Source of the DNA: Gammaproteobacteria bacterium
GTDB lineage: Bacteria; Pseudomonadota; Gammaproteobacteria; Natronospirales; REEB76
Reading direction: 5' to 3'
Assembly: GCA_049591615.1 (NCBI GenBank)
Contig: JBAWFD010000101.1
Span: forward strand, 22,882 to 86,881
Length of the DNA: 64,000 nucleotides
A program made the translations under genes and the position numbers. Shown here piece by piece: positions 40,928 to 50,287 of this stretch; positions within the stretch are counted from its first letter, which is position 1, and each line of letters begins with the position of its first letter. Below the pieces are notes generated by a model. It was not told the DNA's origin. It saw only the letters and a program-made list of their open reading frames with translations, and ran no database searches.

Positions 40928-42736
40928 TCAGGTATGCGCCGGCTCAGGTTTGCCTGCCAGACTGTCCTGGATCCATTGATCCACCACTTTCTTCAGGACT
41001 GTGAGTGGCAGGTTGCCATGCTCCAGCACTGCTGCATGAAAAGCCTTGATGTCGAACTTGGCTCCCAGAGTTTTTTCCGCCTGTTTGCGCAGATTCTGGA
41101 TCTCGATCTCGCCGATCATGTAGGACAAGGCTTGTCCGGGCCAGGCGATGTAGCGGTCCACCTCGGTGTTGATGTTCTGCACACTCAGGGCGGTGTTGTC
41201 CTCGAAATACTTGACGGCCTGCGCGCGCGTCCAGCCCTCGGAATGTATACCAGTGTCTACCACCAGCCGCACCGCGCGCCACATCTGGTAATCCAAGTAG
41301 CCAAATTTCGAATATGGATTGTCGTAAAGCCCCATCTCGTTGCATAGGGTTTCGGTATACAACGCCCAGCCTTCCCCATAGGAGCTGTAATAATCGAAAC
41401 GTCGGAAGTCCGGGAGGTTTTTCAATCCCATGGCGATCGGAATCTGCAACTGATGGCCCGGTCGGCCTTCGTGGCAGGTGAGCACCTGGATATCGTATTT
41501 CGGGCGGCTTTCGGGTTTATATAAGTTCACCGCCATATAGCCCGCTACGCTGAAATCGCCGGCGGGCGGCACCGAGTAGGCCGGATAAGTATCCGGCGCG
41601 AGCGATGCTGGGATGGGATAGACGCCGTAAGGCACACGCGGCAGCAGCCATATGGGGAAATATTGCACCAGGTGCGGATCCACGGTCTTGGCCGCAGCAC
41701 GATAGGCTTCCAGGAGATCCTGCGGATTCTTGTAATAGAAGCGCGGATCGGTGCGCAGGTAATGCAGGAAGTCCTGGTAACTGCCCTTGAATCCCACCTG
41801 CTCGAATATCTTTTCCATCTCCGCATGAATCTGCGCCACCTTCTGCAATCCCAACTGGTGGATCTGCTCCGGCGTCATGTCGGTAGTGGTATAGCGCCGC
41901 ACCTGAAAGGCGTAATACGCCTTGCCATCAGGCAGCGCCTCAGCAGCAATGCTGGTACGGCAATGAGGCAGATAATCCGTGTCGTAGTATTTCTGGAGTT
42001 TTTGGTAGGCGGGAACTACGACATCCATGATGGCTGCCTTAGCGGCAGCACGCATCCGATCCTGTTCAGCTGCGGGGATGATCTCGGGCATCTTGTTAAA
42101 AGGCGCATAGAAAGCGCTGTCTACCGGGTTGGCCACGACGTTGGCGGCAATCTGGTGCGGGATGCGCTGCATCACTACCTTGGGCTCCGTCATGCCGCGT
42201 TTGACGCCTTCCTTTAGCAGGTCAATGGTTTGATCCATATAGACATTGATGGTCTGCAGGCGCTTGATGTAGTTCTCGTAATCCTTGGGGTTCTCGAAAC
42301 GCAAAGTTTGGGTCAGGGTGCTCAGGGTCTGGATGCCATCCAGCTGGTTCATGGGCATCAGGTAATCACCGAAACTGTAGCCCTCGGCCTGATCCTGGTA
42401 ACGGTATTTAAACAGGTCGTAAGTGACTTGGTCTTCACCGATCAGCTGGCTGCGATCAATGGCTGCCAGATCTTTGAGCGTTTGCAGATTCTCATCGTGT
42501 TCCCGGGCGATGGCCGCGAGGCTCACATTCGGCCACTCACCATCGTATTCATGAAAACCATCAGCTGAAGCCTCGAGCGGATGTTCACGCATCTCCCGTT
42601 GCCAGGCAGAATCGACGAGTGAGTGTAATGCAACGACCGCTTGATTGTCAGCAGACTGGCTATCGGCTGCCCAGCTTGGAATTGTTATAAAAAAAGAGAT
42701 CGTCAGCACAATTATAACAGGTAGGCATTTTTTCAT
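40928..42736 (-). CDS. DUF885-family secreted protein (metallopeptidase-like)
   Basis: Signal peptide MKKCLPVIIVLTISFFITIPSWA. HEGRPGHQLQ (HExxPGHxxQ, characteristic of DUF885). Confidence 0.7.
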   Translation of the reverse strand: MKKCLPVIIVLTISFFITIPSWAADSQSADNQAVVALHSLVDSAWQREMREHPLEASADGFHEYDGEWPNVSLAAIAREHDENLQTLKDLAAIDRSQLIGEDQVTYDLFKYRYQDQAEGYSFGDYLMPMNQLDGIQTLSTLTQTLRFENPKDYENYIKRLQTINVYMDQTIDLLKEGVKRGMTEPKVVMQRIPHQIAANVVANPVDSAFYAPFNKMPEIIPAAEQDRMRAAAKAAIMDVVVPAYQKLQKYYDTDYLPHCRTSIAAEALPDGKAYYAFQVRRYTTTDMTPEQIHQLGLQKVAQIHAEMEKIFEQVGFKGSYQDFLHYLRTDPRFYYKNPQDLLEAYRAAAKTVDPHLVQYFPIWLLPRVPYGVYPIPASLAPDTYPAYSVPPAGDFSVAGYMAVNLYKPESRPKYDIQVLTCHEGRPGHQLQIPIAMGLKNLPDFRRFDYYSSYGEGWALYTETLCNEMGLYDNPYSKFGYLDYQMWRAVRLVVDTGIHSEGWTRAQAVKYFEDNTALSVQNINTEVDRYIAWPGQALSYMIGEIEIQNLRKQAEKTLGAKFDIKAFHAAVLEHGNLPLTVLKKVVDQWIQDSLAGKPEPAHT

Positions 42737-42877
42737 TACATAATCTCCACGATACTGGTTACAGGTTTGATTTCTAACTCCATGTGTTTATTTAGGGCTG
42801 TGAGCTATTCTTATTTACTATCGGAATGAATTTCAAACTGGACAAGAATGCTATGCCCTCTTGAAATTCTGTTCCTG

Positions 42878-43294
42878 TTATAAAACCGGACTTTGAGCGT
42901 TCTGAATACTCCAGTTGTATGGCACGGTGTGGATCATCCGGATGGATGCAGGTGATACCAAATATTTCAATAATAAGCGTCTCGCCTGGGGCGACAGGAG
43001 AACCAGCAAAAAGTAAACCAGGTCTTTAGCTGGAGCAGCAAACGCGGAAAAGAATAACACTCCGATTGATGCCAGGCATACGATACAAACAAAGAAAATG
43101 GTTAACCCTAGACTCATCCAGCGCGCCCAGGGCTTGCCTGCGGCTAGTCCCAAGGCTCCCGTCACGAACAGTGCGCATAACAACCAGCCCAAAAGATCAA
43201 ATTTCGTATGCTGATGTGGATGCCAGGTGAAAACTACGGCTACATAGCCGGCCAGTGAAAGACTGGATATCACCACGAGTGTCCGACGATTCAC
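42878..43294 (-). CDS. Hypothetical small integral membrane protein
   Basis: Four hydrophobic segments, GTG start, lower GC (~48% in a sampled line). No motif recognised. Confidence 0.4.
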   Translation of the reverse strand: MNRRTLVVISSLSLAGYVAVVFTWHPHQHTKFDLLGWLLCALFVTGALGLAAGKPWARWMSLGLTIFFVCIVCLASIGVLFFSAFAAPAKDLVYFLLVLLSPQARRLLLKYLVSPASIRMIHTVPYNWSIQNAQSPVL

Positions 43295-43321
43295 CGGTTT
43301 AATTAGGTCGTTGTTGGGAAT

Positions 43322-44428
43322 TTAAGCAGTAATTGCAAGCATCCGCTCCAATGCGGTCTTTGCCAGTCTTGCATCGGTTTCCGGTACCTTGATCCGATTG
43401 ACTAGGTTGCCTTCGGCCAGATTCTCTAAGGTCCAGGCGAGATGCTGCGGATCGATACGGAACATAGTAGAGCACATGCATACCATGGGCGACATGAAAT
43501 GCACACTGACGCCCTTGTGCTTCACTTCCTCATGCAGGCGGTTGACCAGGTTGAGTTCCGTGCCCACCAGCCAGCGGGAACCGGCTTCGGCAGCATGCAC
43601 AGTCGTCTGGATGAATTCGGTGGAGCCTACATAATCGGACTTCAGACACACCTCGAAAGTGCATTCCGGGTGGCAGATGATTTTGGCAGCGGGATATTTC
43701 TGCTTAAAGTTGTCTATGTGTTCCGGACGGAACATCTGGTGTACTGAACAGTGTCCATTCCATAGCAGGATTTTTGCCTTGATAATTTGTTCTTTCGTGA
43801 GTCCGCCCATGGGCTGGTTGAAATCCCACACGTCCATCTCGTCCATCGGCACGCCCAGTTTGTAAGCGCTCCAGCGGCCCAGATGCTGGTCGGGGAAGAA
43901 CAGCACTTTGCCCCGCTGCTTGAGCGCCCACTCCAGAATCCCGCGGGCGTTGGTGCTGGTGCAGACGATGCCGCCATGTCGGCCGCAGAAAGCCTTCAGG
44001 TCCGCAGCCGAATTGATATAGGTGATGGGCGTGATCTCTTCATCCGGCTCCAGCGCAGTCGCTAGTTCACGCCAGGCCTTCTCCACCTTGGCGAGATTCG
44101 CCATGTCGGCCATGGAACAGCCGGCGGCCAGATCCGGCAACAACACCGTCTGTTCAGGGCGCGAGAGGATATCCGCCACCTCTGCCATGAAATGCACGCC
44201 GCAGAACACGATGGTCTCGGCATCCACCTGGGAAGCGAGGCGCGAGAGCTTAAGCGAATCGCCGGTGAGATCGGCGTGGCGATAGACTTCTTCGCGCTGG
44301 TAATGATGGCCGAGGATCACCGCGCGGCCCCTGAGTTTGGCTTTGGCCGCATGAATGCGTGCGTCGCAGGTTTCTTCTTCGAGCGACGTATACAGATCGA
44401 ATGCCAACGCAGGAACTGCCACGCTCAC
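43322..44428 (-). CDS. nadA: Quinolinate synthase
   Basis: AVILGHHYQ...FCGVHFMAE...CSMA...TSTNA...HPEC. GTG start at 44428 or 44422. Confidence 0.9.
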   Translation of the reverse strand: MSVAVPALAFDLYTSLEEETCDARIHAAKAKLRGRAVILGHHYQREEVYRHADLTGDSLKLSRLASQVDAETIVFCGVHFMAEVADILSRPEQTVLLPDLAAGCSMADMANLAKVEKAWRELATALEPDEEITPITYINSAADLKAFCGRHGGIVCTSTNARGILEWALKQRGKVLFFPDQHLGRWSAYKLGVPMDEMDVWDFNQPMGGLTKEQIIKAKILLWNGHCSVHQMFRPEHIDNFKQKYPAAKIICHPECTFEVCLKSDYVGSTEFIQTTVHAAEAGSRWLVGTELNLVNRLHEEVKHKGVSVHFMSPMVCMCSTMFRIDPQHLAWTLENLAEGNLVNRIKVPETDARLAKTALERMLAITA

Positions 44429-44514
44429 TTACCTCGGAAAGTACCAACTGTAGCCAGATATTTTACTCCTGTGCAGACGATACGGTTTTTGATTACCGAG
44501 GTATTGAATTAGGC

Positions 44515-44550
44515 CTACCCTCTGCCCTTCGTGGGAGAGGGCAAGGGTTA
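44515..44550 (+). repeat. REP-like intergenic hairpin repeat (copy e1, divergent)
   Basis: CTACCCTCTGCCCTTCGTGGGAGAGGGCAAGGGTTA. It lies between nudB and nadA. Confidence 0.55.
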
Positions 44551-44575
44551 GCGGGATTAGGCAAATATAGAAATA

Positions 44576-44611
44576 CCCCTCATCCGACCTTTCTCCCGCA
44601 AGGTGAGAAGG
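44576..44611 (+). repeat. REP-like intergenic hairpin repeat (copy e2)
   Basis: CCCCTCATCCGACCTTTCTCCC-GCAA-GGTGAGAAGG, directly after the nudB stop. Confidence 0.65.
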
Positions 44612-44613
44612 AA

Positions 44614-45051
44614 TTAAGAATTAGGGACGAGCTTCAATATGGCCTCTCTGTCAGTACGGGAACTGGCTTGCCTCGCGGCTTCGTCATGTAGCAGCCAGCA
44701 GTATTCCTTATGTTCCTCGGGATCAAGTTGGACAGCGATGACTGACGGCAAGCATAATGAAAATATGTGCTCGATATTTTCCATCACGTCTGGCGCGAAC
44801 CTGGCGCGCCAGGCAGGATGGATGGGATAGCGATTAACTATGCCGCTGTCGGTAAGGCCTTCATCAACGTCTAATCCAGTTTCTTCACGCACTTCCCGAA
44901 TAGCCGCCTGCCGAGGTGTTTCACCTTGCTCCAGGCTGCCGGTAACTGACTGCCAGAAATCAAGCGGGTCACAGCGACGCAAGCGCAATACTTCTCCATG
45001 ATCGGTGAAAATGACGACCAATACGGAATCGGGGCGCTTGAATTCACTCAT
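44614..45051 (-). CDS. nudB: NUDIX hydrolase, NudB-like (dihydroneopterin triphosphate pyrophosphatase)
   Basis: WQSVTGSLEQGETPRQAAIREVREETGL Nudix box. Normally adjacent to aspS. Confidence 0.75.
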   Translation of the reverse strand: MSEFKRPDSVLVVIFTDHGEVLRLRRCDPLDFWQSVTGSLEQGETPRQAAIREVREETGLDVDEGLTDSGIVNRYPIHPAWRARFAPDVMENIEHIFSLCLPSVIAVQLDPEEHKEYCWLLHDEAARQASSRTDREAILKLVPNS

Positions 45052-45305
45052 AAGCGATTATTAATATGCGCGAATCTTGCCTATTTAATTATAGGCTGAA
45101 TAACCGCATCTGTTGGAAGCAACCTTTTCCCAATCCTTGAATTTTATTCTCAACAGTTTGTTTCCGACAATTGGTATCCGTTAAGCTGACCGCTTGCCAT
45201 GGTAAATAATCCGAAAGTGCAACCGCCATACGAATCAACACAACAAAAAGTTAGGAAACTTGGGGTTATACTCAGTCGTTGCGAGATGCATTCAGGAATA
45301 TTTAA

Positions 45306-46640
45306 ATGAAAGCCATATTTGCGATCATTAGATCACATTCTTTTCTGGTGATCGTATTCCTGTTGCTGGCGCATGCAGTCAATGCCACTCAGGCACATAA
45401 GCACATAATCCTTATGACATACTGGTCTAACGATACAACAAAATATGCGTCTTATCCCATCCCTGGCAGTTTAAATCAAAGTGGAACCCTTCAGCACAAT
45501 GAAGCGCTATTGCAACAATTGAATGCAGTTAATGTCCTTGGCTATGCCTTTTTGCAGGTCGACGGGTCCGGTCATGTATATTTTAGTCGTCCATCTGTTG
45601 ACCTGTCTGAGAGCGACATCACAGGCTTTTGCGTTAAACAGCCTTCAAGTTGTCCACACGTGGTTAACGCATGGTCAGGCAACTTTTCCGCCTTTGCAAG
45701 GCTAGACAACAGGGATCATTCGCTACAAAAGGTAATCTCCATAGGAGGCGCTGGGAGTCAGAAAACCTTTGAAAATGCGATTCACAATCCAGAAACATTC
45801 ATTCAGTCTGCAACCTATCTTATTCATGCATACCACTTGAATGGGATTGATCTCGACTTCGAACCAGATGCGTTTTTTTATTTGCATGAAGGTCAATCAT
45901 ATGCGCAGCTAGTCCTGGACTTAAGGAGAGCGCTTGGCAAGGAAGCATTCATCAGTATTGAGGTGCCCGGCGACTGGGAAACGTTGCGCAGTGTCAATTG
46001 TCCAACCAATAATTCATGTAGTAACAACCTCGGCATTATTGCCGATAATGCTTATGTCTCGCTCATGGGCTTTGACTTTCATGGTCCATATTACCCAGGG
46101 ATGGTTACCAGCAATGACTCGAACCTTTATTGTGATCCAGATGAACCCTTACTTTCAAATTATTATCATGCCAGTGTCAATCAAGCGATCGGATATCTGA
46201 CTTTTAACAAAGTACCAGCCAAAAAGATTATTTTGGGTTTCCCGGCTTATTTCAGGGCCTATGGTGGTGTCGAGGTTGCGCCAGGCAGTTATGGTCTGTA
46301 TCAGCCATTCGATAAATCAAAAACACCAGCTTATGATCTAGGCACGAAGGGAAAAGGCTCTTATCGGGTTGCGAGAAGACTTTTGAAATCGGGATTCACA
46401 CAACATTACCTCCTAGTTAACGACAAGATCAGTGCCGTCTACGCGTATAACGAATCGACTCAGCAATGGATAAGTTACGATGATCAGGTGTCGATTACCT
46501 CTAAAGCTAAGTACGTACTTTCCAGGCGTCTTGCGGGGATGATGATGTGGGAAATTGGGGAAGACATGCCAATTAACAGCCCCACGTCACTTTTACGGAG
46601 CGCACATACCGCTTTATTCAATACGAAGACGGGGCAATAA
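45306..46640 (+). CDS. Secreted glycoside hydrolase family 18 (chitinase-like) protein
   Basis: Signal peptide ...LLLAHAVNA. SIGGAGS and LNGIDLDFE (the DxxDxDxE catalytic motif is retained). GC is low (~45-47% in sampled lines). Confidence 0.75.
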   Translation: MKAIFAIIRSHSFLVIVFLLLAHAVNATQAHKHIILMTYWSNDTTKYASYPIPGSLNQSGTLQHNEALLQQLNAVNVLGYAFLQVDGSGHVYFSRPSVDLSESDITGFCVKQPSSCPHVVNAWSGNFSAFARLDNRDHSLQKVISIGGAGSQKTFENAIHNPETFIQSATYLIHAYHLNGIDLDFEPDAFFYLHEGQSYAQLVLDLRRALGKEAFISIEVPGDWETLRSVNCPTNNSCSNNLGIIADNAYVSLMGFDFHGPYYPGMVTSNDSNLYCDPDEPLLSNYYHASVNQAIGYLTFNKVPAKKIILGFPAYFRAYGGVEVAPGSYGLYQPFDKSKTPAYDLGTKGKGSYRVARRLLKSGFTQHYLLVNDKISAVYAYNESTQQWISYDDQVSITSKAKYVLSRRLAGMMMWEIGEDMPINSPTSLLRSAHTALFNTKTGQ

Positions 46641-46690
46641 TTCTACGTCTTCTATGCCTTTAAACACCTGTGCATCGCTGTTAATTTATT

Positions 46691-47245
46691 TTATGCTAAC
46701 TCCTGCCAATCAAGGATATTGTCTAACGGATGATTCATCACCTTATGCTCAAGAAGCGATTCGCTGATGGCATCTTTTTTGGTTCCAGTCCCGCGCACTG
46801 CTTCGAGGTATACGTTCAGGCTTTTAGTACTGCGTAACACAGTCGCGATCTTCAGATATTCAGGCAATTCAACAGAGCCTTTGAGTTTCAGGATAGCCAC
46901 GCCTTTATTGGAGCTCTTCGCAAAGCCGATCGCATAGGGAATCCACCAGGATTTGCAAGTCTCTTTGCTCACCAAACTCAAGATATGGGTCGAAAGCAGT
47001 ATCCCACGTTCTATGCATTTGGTGACGCGCGCTGGCTCTTTCAGCAATGCATCCATCTCGATGTCGGCATCGGTCTCATCGAAATAAACATCCAGGCCTC
47101 CATGCTCCATGATGTAATTTGCGATCGCATGCACCACGTTCCTGTCGATCTGGAAATGGGATATGTAGATGCAGGATCCGGCATTACCTGCTTTGGCGGC
47201 GAGTGCATGTTGCTCTGTCAGTAATGCTCTATTGCGTCCAGCCAC
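46691..47245 (-). CDS. TIR-like domain protein (orphan)
   Basis: CIYISHFQIDRNVVHAIANYIMEHGGLDVYFDE...ILSLVSKETCKSWWIPYAIGFA follows the bacterial TIR / DUF1863 pattern (FISH..D...L...G..V..D ... S.W...E.G). GTG start preceded by a TAAGGAG SD. Low GC. Confidence 0.45.
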   Translation of the reverse strand: MAGRNRALLTEQHALAAKAGNAGSCIYISHFQIDRNVVHAIANYIMEHGGLDVYFDETDADIEMDALLKEPARVTKCIERGILLSTHILSLVSKETCKSWWIPYAIGFAKSSNKGVAILKLKGSVELPEYLKIATVLRSTKSLNVYLEAVRGTGTKKDAISESLLEHKVMNHPLDNILDWQELA

Positions 47246-47266
47246 ACATCGCTCCTTATGAAATGT

Positions 47267-49051
47267 TTACGGTTCTTTGTGTGCCGGCGGCAAATGCAAG
47301 CAGATATGCAATTCCTTGAGCTCCGCATCATTGACATCCGCGGGCGCGTCAGTGAGCGGATCCCAGGCCGTCTGGGTCTTGGGGAAGGCGATGACCTCGC
47401 GGATGTTGGGGGCGCCGGCCATGTGCATCACCAGCCGGTCCATCCCCAGGGCGATGCCGCCGTGGGGTGGACAACCGGACTTGAGTGCGTCCAGCAGGAA
47501 GCCAAACTTCCTACGCGCCTGCTCATCGCTGATGCCGAGCATGCGGAACACGGCCGACTGCATGTCCTGGTTGTGGATGCGGATGGAGCCGCCACCCAGC
47601 TCGGTGCCGTTCAGCACCAGGTCGTAGGCGCGCGAGCGGATGCCACCCGGGTCCTTCTCCATCGCGGAGACATCATCCACTTTGGGTGAAGTGAACGGAT
47701 GGTGCAGGAAGATCCAGCGCTTGTCCTTCTCGTCCCACTCGAACATGGGGAATTCCACTACCCACAGCGGCGCCCACTCGCCTTGCATCAGGCCTCGGTC
47801 CTGGCCGAGCTTCAGACGCAACGCACCCATCGAGTCGTTCACGATGCGGGCCTTATCGGCACCGAAAAAGATCACGTCGTTGTTGGCAGCGCCGCAGCGC
47901 TTGAGGATGCCTTGCAGGGCGGCATCCGACAGGAACTTGATGATGGGCGACTGCAGACCCTCGCGCCCCTTAGCGAGGTCGTTCACCTTTATATAGGCGA
48001 GACCTTTGGCGCCATAGCGCGCCACAAACGCGGTGCAGTCGTCAATCTCGCTGCGCGGCAGTTCGCCGCCCTTGGGCAGGCGCAGGGCGGCGACCCGGCC
48101 ATCTTTGGCGTTCGCCGGTCCGGCAAACACCTTGAACTCACAATCCTTCACCAGGTCGGCCACGTCCACCAGTTCCAGCCGGATGCGCAGGTCCGGCTTG
48201 TCGGAGCCGTAACGGCGCATGGCTTCGTCGTACGGCATGCGCAAAAACGGATCGGTCAGCTCGACGCCCAGCACTTCCTTGAAGGTGTGCCGGATCATGC
48301 CCTCGGTGATGTCCATGACCTGGCTCTCGTTCAGGAACGAGGTCTCGATGTCGAGCTGGGTAAATTCCGGCTGGCGGTCGGCACGCAGGTCCTCATCGCG
48401 GAAACAGCGCGCGATCTGGTAGTAGCGGTCGAAACCCGACATCATCAGCAACTGTTTGAACAGCTGCGGCGACTGCGGCAGTGCGAAGAACTTGCCGGGA
48501 TGGGTACGGCTCGGCACCAGATAATCGCGCGCGCCTTCCGGCGTGGGCTTGGTGAGGATCGGGGTCTCCACATCGATGAAACCCTGCTGGTCCAGATGGC
48601 GGCGCAGTGCGTTGATGATGCGGTGGCGCAGCCGCAGTCGCTGCTGCATCACCGGCCGGCGCAGATCGATATAACGATACTGGAGCCGGCGCTCTTCGTT
48701 CACATCGTCTTCATCGAGCATGAAGGGCGGGGTTTCGGCACGATTGAGCAATTGCATCTCCTGCGCCAGCACTTCCACCTTACCGCTGGGCAGGTTCGGG
48801 TTTTCCGTGCCCTGGGGGCGGTGGCGGACCTTGCCTTTCACGCTCACCACGAATTCGCTGCGCAGGCGCTCCGCATCGACGAACAGCTCCGCACGCTCCG
48901 GATCGAAAACCACTTGCACCAGGCCTTCCCGGTCGCGCAGATCGACGAAGATCACGCCACCGTGGTCGCGACGCCGGTGTACCCAGCCAGCGATGCGGAT
49001 CTCCTTTTCCAGTAGGGTTTCGTTGACCTGGCCGCAATAGTGAGTACGCAT
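47267..49051 (-). CDS. aspS: Aspartate--tRNA ligase
   Basis: MRTHYCGQV...[19 protein letters not shown]...[18 protein letters not shown]...GGIALGMDR. Start at the second ATG (49051). Confidence 0.95.
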   Translation of the reverse strand: MRTHYCGQVNETLLEKEIRIAGWVHRRRDHGGVIFVDLRDREGLVQVVFDPERAELFVDAERLRSEFVVSVKGKVRHRPQGTENPNLPSGKVEVLAQEMQLLNRAETPPFMLDEDDVNEERRLQYRYIDLRRPVMQQRLRLRHRIINALRRHLDQQGFIDVETPILTKPTPEGARDYLVPSRTHPGKFFALPQSPQLFKQLLMMSGFDRYYQIARCFRDEDLRADRQPEFTQLDIETSFLNESQVMDITEGMIRHTFKEVLGVELTDPFLRMPYDEAMRRYGSDKPDLRIRLELVDVADLVKDCEFKVFAGPANAKDGRVAALRLPKGGELPRSEIDDCTAFVARYGAKGLAYIKVNDLAKGREGLQSPIIKFLSDAALQGILKRCGAANNDVIFFGADKARIVNDSMGALRLKLGQDRGLMQGEWAPLWVVEFPMFEWDEKDKRWIFLHHPFTSPKVDDVSAMEKDPGGIRSRAYDLVLNGTELGGGSIRIHNQDMQSAVFRMLGISDEQARRKFGFLLDALKSGCPPHGGIALGMDRLVMHMAGAPNIREVIAFPKTQTAWDPLTDAPADVNDAELKELHICLHLPPAHKEP

Positions 49052-49117
49052 GAAAAATTCCTGAGATGACGTTGTCATAAAATCGGGAGAAACTGGGGTC
49101 GAGGCAGGCGCGCGATG

Positions 49118-49801
49118 TTACGGTTCATGCTTCCTGTGTGCAATACCGGGCGTGGTCTTACCGTATGCGGTGCGCGGATAGGTTGGCACGATCACGCCCA
49201 GGGAGATGATCATCCTCAAGGCCTCGTCCACGCTCATTTCCAATTCGATTACGTCTTCCGGCGGCACCATGATCAGGAACCCGGACGTCGGGTTGGGGGT
49301 GGTGGGGATAAAGACACTGATGAGCTTGCTGGGGGCTTTCACGTCCAGCTCACCCAGAGAATCGTTGGTGACGAACGCCAGGCTCCAGGTATCCTTGTGC
49401 GGGTAGCGGATCAAAACCACTTTACGGAACGACTTGCCCTTATTGGAAAACATGGTGTCGGAGATCTGCTTGGCGGTCGAATACACTGAGCGCACCAGCG
49501 GGATATGCTCGAGGATCTCCTCGCCCAGTTGCACTAGTTGCTTGCCGAGGAAATTGCTGGCGATGAAACCGGTGATGAACAGGATCAGGAACGCCATGAT
49601 GACGCCGAGCCCGGGGATGTGAAAACCGATGAGATGGATGGGCTGCCACTTTTCAGGCAGCAGCAGCACCAGGTTGTCCAGGTAACCAACGAAGATACTC
49701 AGGACAAAAAGCGTCGCCACGATCGGCAGCCAGATGACGATACCGGTAATCAGATAGCGCCGGATACGGCTCTGGACAGGTTTGGCTGTAGTAGTGGCCA
49801 T
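49118..49801 (-). CDS. DUF502-family membrane protein
   Basis: RRYLITGIVIWLPIVATLFV... and IPLVRSVYSTAKQI are typical of DUF502. 1-nt TAATG overlap with the upstream gene. Confidence 0.7.
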   Translation of the reverse strand: MATTTAKPVQSRIRRYLITGIVIWLPIVATLFVLSIFVGYLDNLVLLLPEKWQPIHLIGFHIPGLGVIMAFLILFITGFIASNFLGKQLVQLGEEILEHIPLVRSVYSTAKQISDTMFSNKGKSFRKVVLIRYPHKDTWSLAFVTNDSLGELDVKAPSKLISVFIPTTPNPTSGFLIMVPPEDVIELEMSVDEALRMIISLGVIVPTYPRTAYGKTTPGIAHRKHEP

Positions 49802-50154
49802 TACTCGGCTTTTGCGGCTTTAGCCGGTTTGGGTTTGCTCTCGGACTTGCTCTCGCTCTTTTTAGCCGTGGTCTCCTTGGCCGGTTCCGCGGCTTTCTTA
49901 TCCTTGCTCTCCTTCTTGTCCTTGGTTTCTGCGGCGGGCTTATCGCCTTCACCGAGCACGTTGCGTTTATTGCCAGATTTGAAATCAGTCTCGTACCAGC
50001 CGCCGCCCTTGAGCCGGAAACCGGCCGCTGACATTAGCTTATGTAGTGCCGGTTTGCCGCACTCCGGGCACTTCTTCAGGGGTACGTCGCTGAGTTTCTG
50101 CAAAGCCTCCAGACGATGGCCACAGGCTTCACACTCGTATTCATAGATAGGCAT
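49801..50154 (-). CDS. FmdB-family zinc-ribbon protein with a Lys/Glu/Ser-rich tail
   Basis: MPIYEYECEACGH...CPECG CxxC pairs. Start at the ATG at 50154. Confidence 0.8.
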   Translation of the reverse strand: MPIYEYECEACGHRLEALQKLSDVPLKKCPECGKPALHKLMSAAGFRLKGGGWYETDFKSGNKRNVLGEGDKPAAETKDKKESKDKKAAEPAKETTAKKSESKSESKPKPAKAAKAE

Positions 50155-50287
50155 GCCGATCCGCCTCATTGAAAAACCCAGTTGATTGCCCCATGTATGG
50201 GGCCTGACAATCCGACCTCACGCTGTCTCCCCGTGGCAGCCGACGCGTGCCATTATAACCTTGCCGGTCGCTTCACCAGGAAACCCC

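Noticed and set aside
46625-46652. A possible terminator hairpin GAAGACG-N14-CGTCTTC at the GH18 stop.
   Set aside because: The stem is only 7 bp, the loop is 14 nt and no T-tract follows. This is too weak to call.
45306-47245. GH18 plus TIR-like as a two-gene Thoeris-like or other defence operon.
   Set aside because: The genes are convergent and not co-transcribed. No ThsA-type (SIR2/SLOG/Macro) or other effector is adjacent. The putative catalytic Glu of the TIR-like protein appears to be substituted. It is kept only as an orphan TIR-like observation.
47699-49015. A 438-aa stop-free ORF antisense to aspS. It is tempting in the light of sense/antisense aaRS-origin ideas.
   Set aside because: The translation is low-complexity and rich in R/A/G/H/L with no motifs. 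Long antisense frames are expected in genes with ~65% GC and strong GC3 bias. The aspS frame has all class II signatures.
49801-49990. A repetitive K/E/S/A-rich region that looks like a tandem DNA repeat.
   Set aside because: It is the low-complexity C-terminal tail of the FmdB-type zinc-ribbon protein (KDKKESKDKKAAEPAKE...SESKSESKPKPAKAAKAE). It is in frame and is not an independent repeat element.
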